From positions 22,633-86,632 of the forward strand of contig CALXML010000002.1 in the NCBI GenBank assembly GCA_944389465.1: 64,000 nt of DNA, given 5' to 3'. The notes below the pieces were generated by a model, which saw nothing but the letters and a program-made list of their open reading frames with translations, was not told where the DNA came from and did not search any database. Positions 63,878 through 64,000 of the stretch are shown piece by piece (positions within the stretch are counted from its first letter, which is position 1; every line of letters begins with the position of its first letter). This DNA is from an uncultured Alphaproteobacteria bacterium (lineage in GTDB: Bacteria > Pseudomonadota > Alphaproteobacteria > Rs-D84). A program made the translations under genes and the position numbers.

Positions 63878-64000
63878 TTAACTGACCAAATCTTCAAATT
63901 TATCCAATAACGATTGTAATAAATTGGGCTTGGCTGCTTTTACACTGCGCAGTTTTTCCGCATTAGATTTACGCCGTTCGTTATATGGTTGTTCTGTTTC
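63878..64000 (-). CDS. C-terminal end of an upstream phage gene (possibly the small terminase), partial
   Basis: Open minus-strand frame from the window edge: ..ETEQPYNERRKSNAEKLRSVKAAKPNLLQSLLDKFEDLVS*. Its stop lies 1 nt before the TerL ATG. Confidence 0.4.
   Translation of the reverse strand, partial: ETEQPYNERRKSNAEKLRSVKAAKPNLLQSLLDKFEDLVS

Larger units (their letters stand above)
57389..63897 (-). mobile_element. prophage remnant (podovirus BPP-1/T7-like packaging module: TerL, portal, Bbp19-like) interrupted by a dnaB module
   Basis: Only terminase fragments, the portal and two small genes remain. No capsid, tail, integrase or lysis genes are seen in the window. Confidence 0.55.

Noticed and set aside
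1-64000. CRISPR arrays, transposases, integrases, reverse transcriptases and rRNA genes
   Set aside because: I looked for regularly spaced direct repeats and for DDE, tyrosine-recombinase or YxDD motifs in all listed ORFs and found none. The only repeats are the tRNA-associated duplications and the three leader RNA copies.

Overview
AT-rich (about 40% GC by eye) chromosomal segment of a Gram-negative bacterium, probably an anaerobic or host-associated alphaproteobacterium. The lineage guess rests on lptE-holA and zauP-zapA synteny, beta-barrel OMPs and nrdDG plus a clostridial-type ferredoxin; it is an inference with no rRNA support. Housekeeping genes: sodB (partial), cvpA, U32 peptidase, glyQS, ferredoxin, BI-1/YccA, lgt, rfbB, a heterodimeric ABC exporter, nrdD/nrdG, lptE, holA, map, radC, zapA, parC, gap, miaA, priA and dnaB. 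Two genes are missing from the ORF track because they are under 60 aa: rpmG and an LptM-like lipoprotein. There are five tRNAs: Thr-UGU, Ser-UGA, Asp-GUC, Glu-UUC and Leu-UAG. Accessory content includes two glycosyltransferase loci, a two-gene HNH module, oleate hydratase, tandem TbpB-like lipoproteins, an orphan VirB11-type ATPase and a podovirus-like prophage remnant. The most interesting signal is non-coding: three copies of a ~220-nt structured leader RNA. Each has conserved helices with compensatory changes, a conserved alternative pairing and an intrinsic terminator, and each sits directly upstream of a cell-surface gene (two polysaccharide glycosyltransferases and a Cys-rich secreted protein). 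I do not recognise it as a known riboswitch or leader class. Other notable points: (1) NrdD is split by an in-frame TAA, so the glycyl-radical domain is a separate 62-aa ORF with its own SD. (2) A protein made only of the FtsZ C-terminal end, linker and C-terminal peptide is encoded next to zauP-zapA. (3) A large-terminase gene is seamlessly interrupted by an antisense dnaB-containing module. (4) Three of the five tRNA loci carry partial tRNA duplications and GC-rich inserts. (5) Two surface-protein genes are frameshifted at short G runs. Hairpin and box coordinates were counted by hand and may be off by 1-2 nt.
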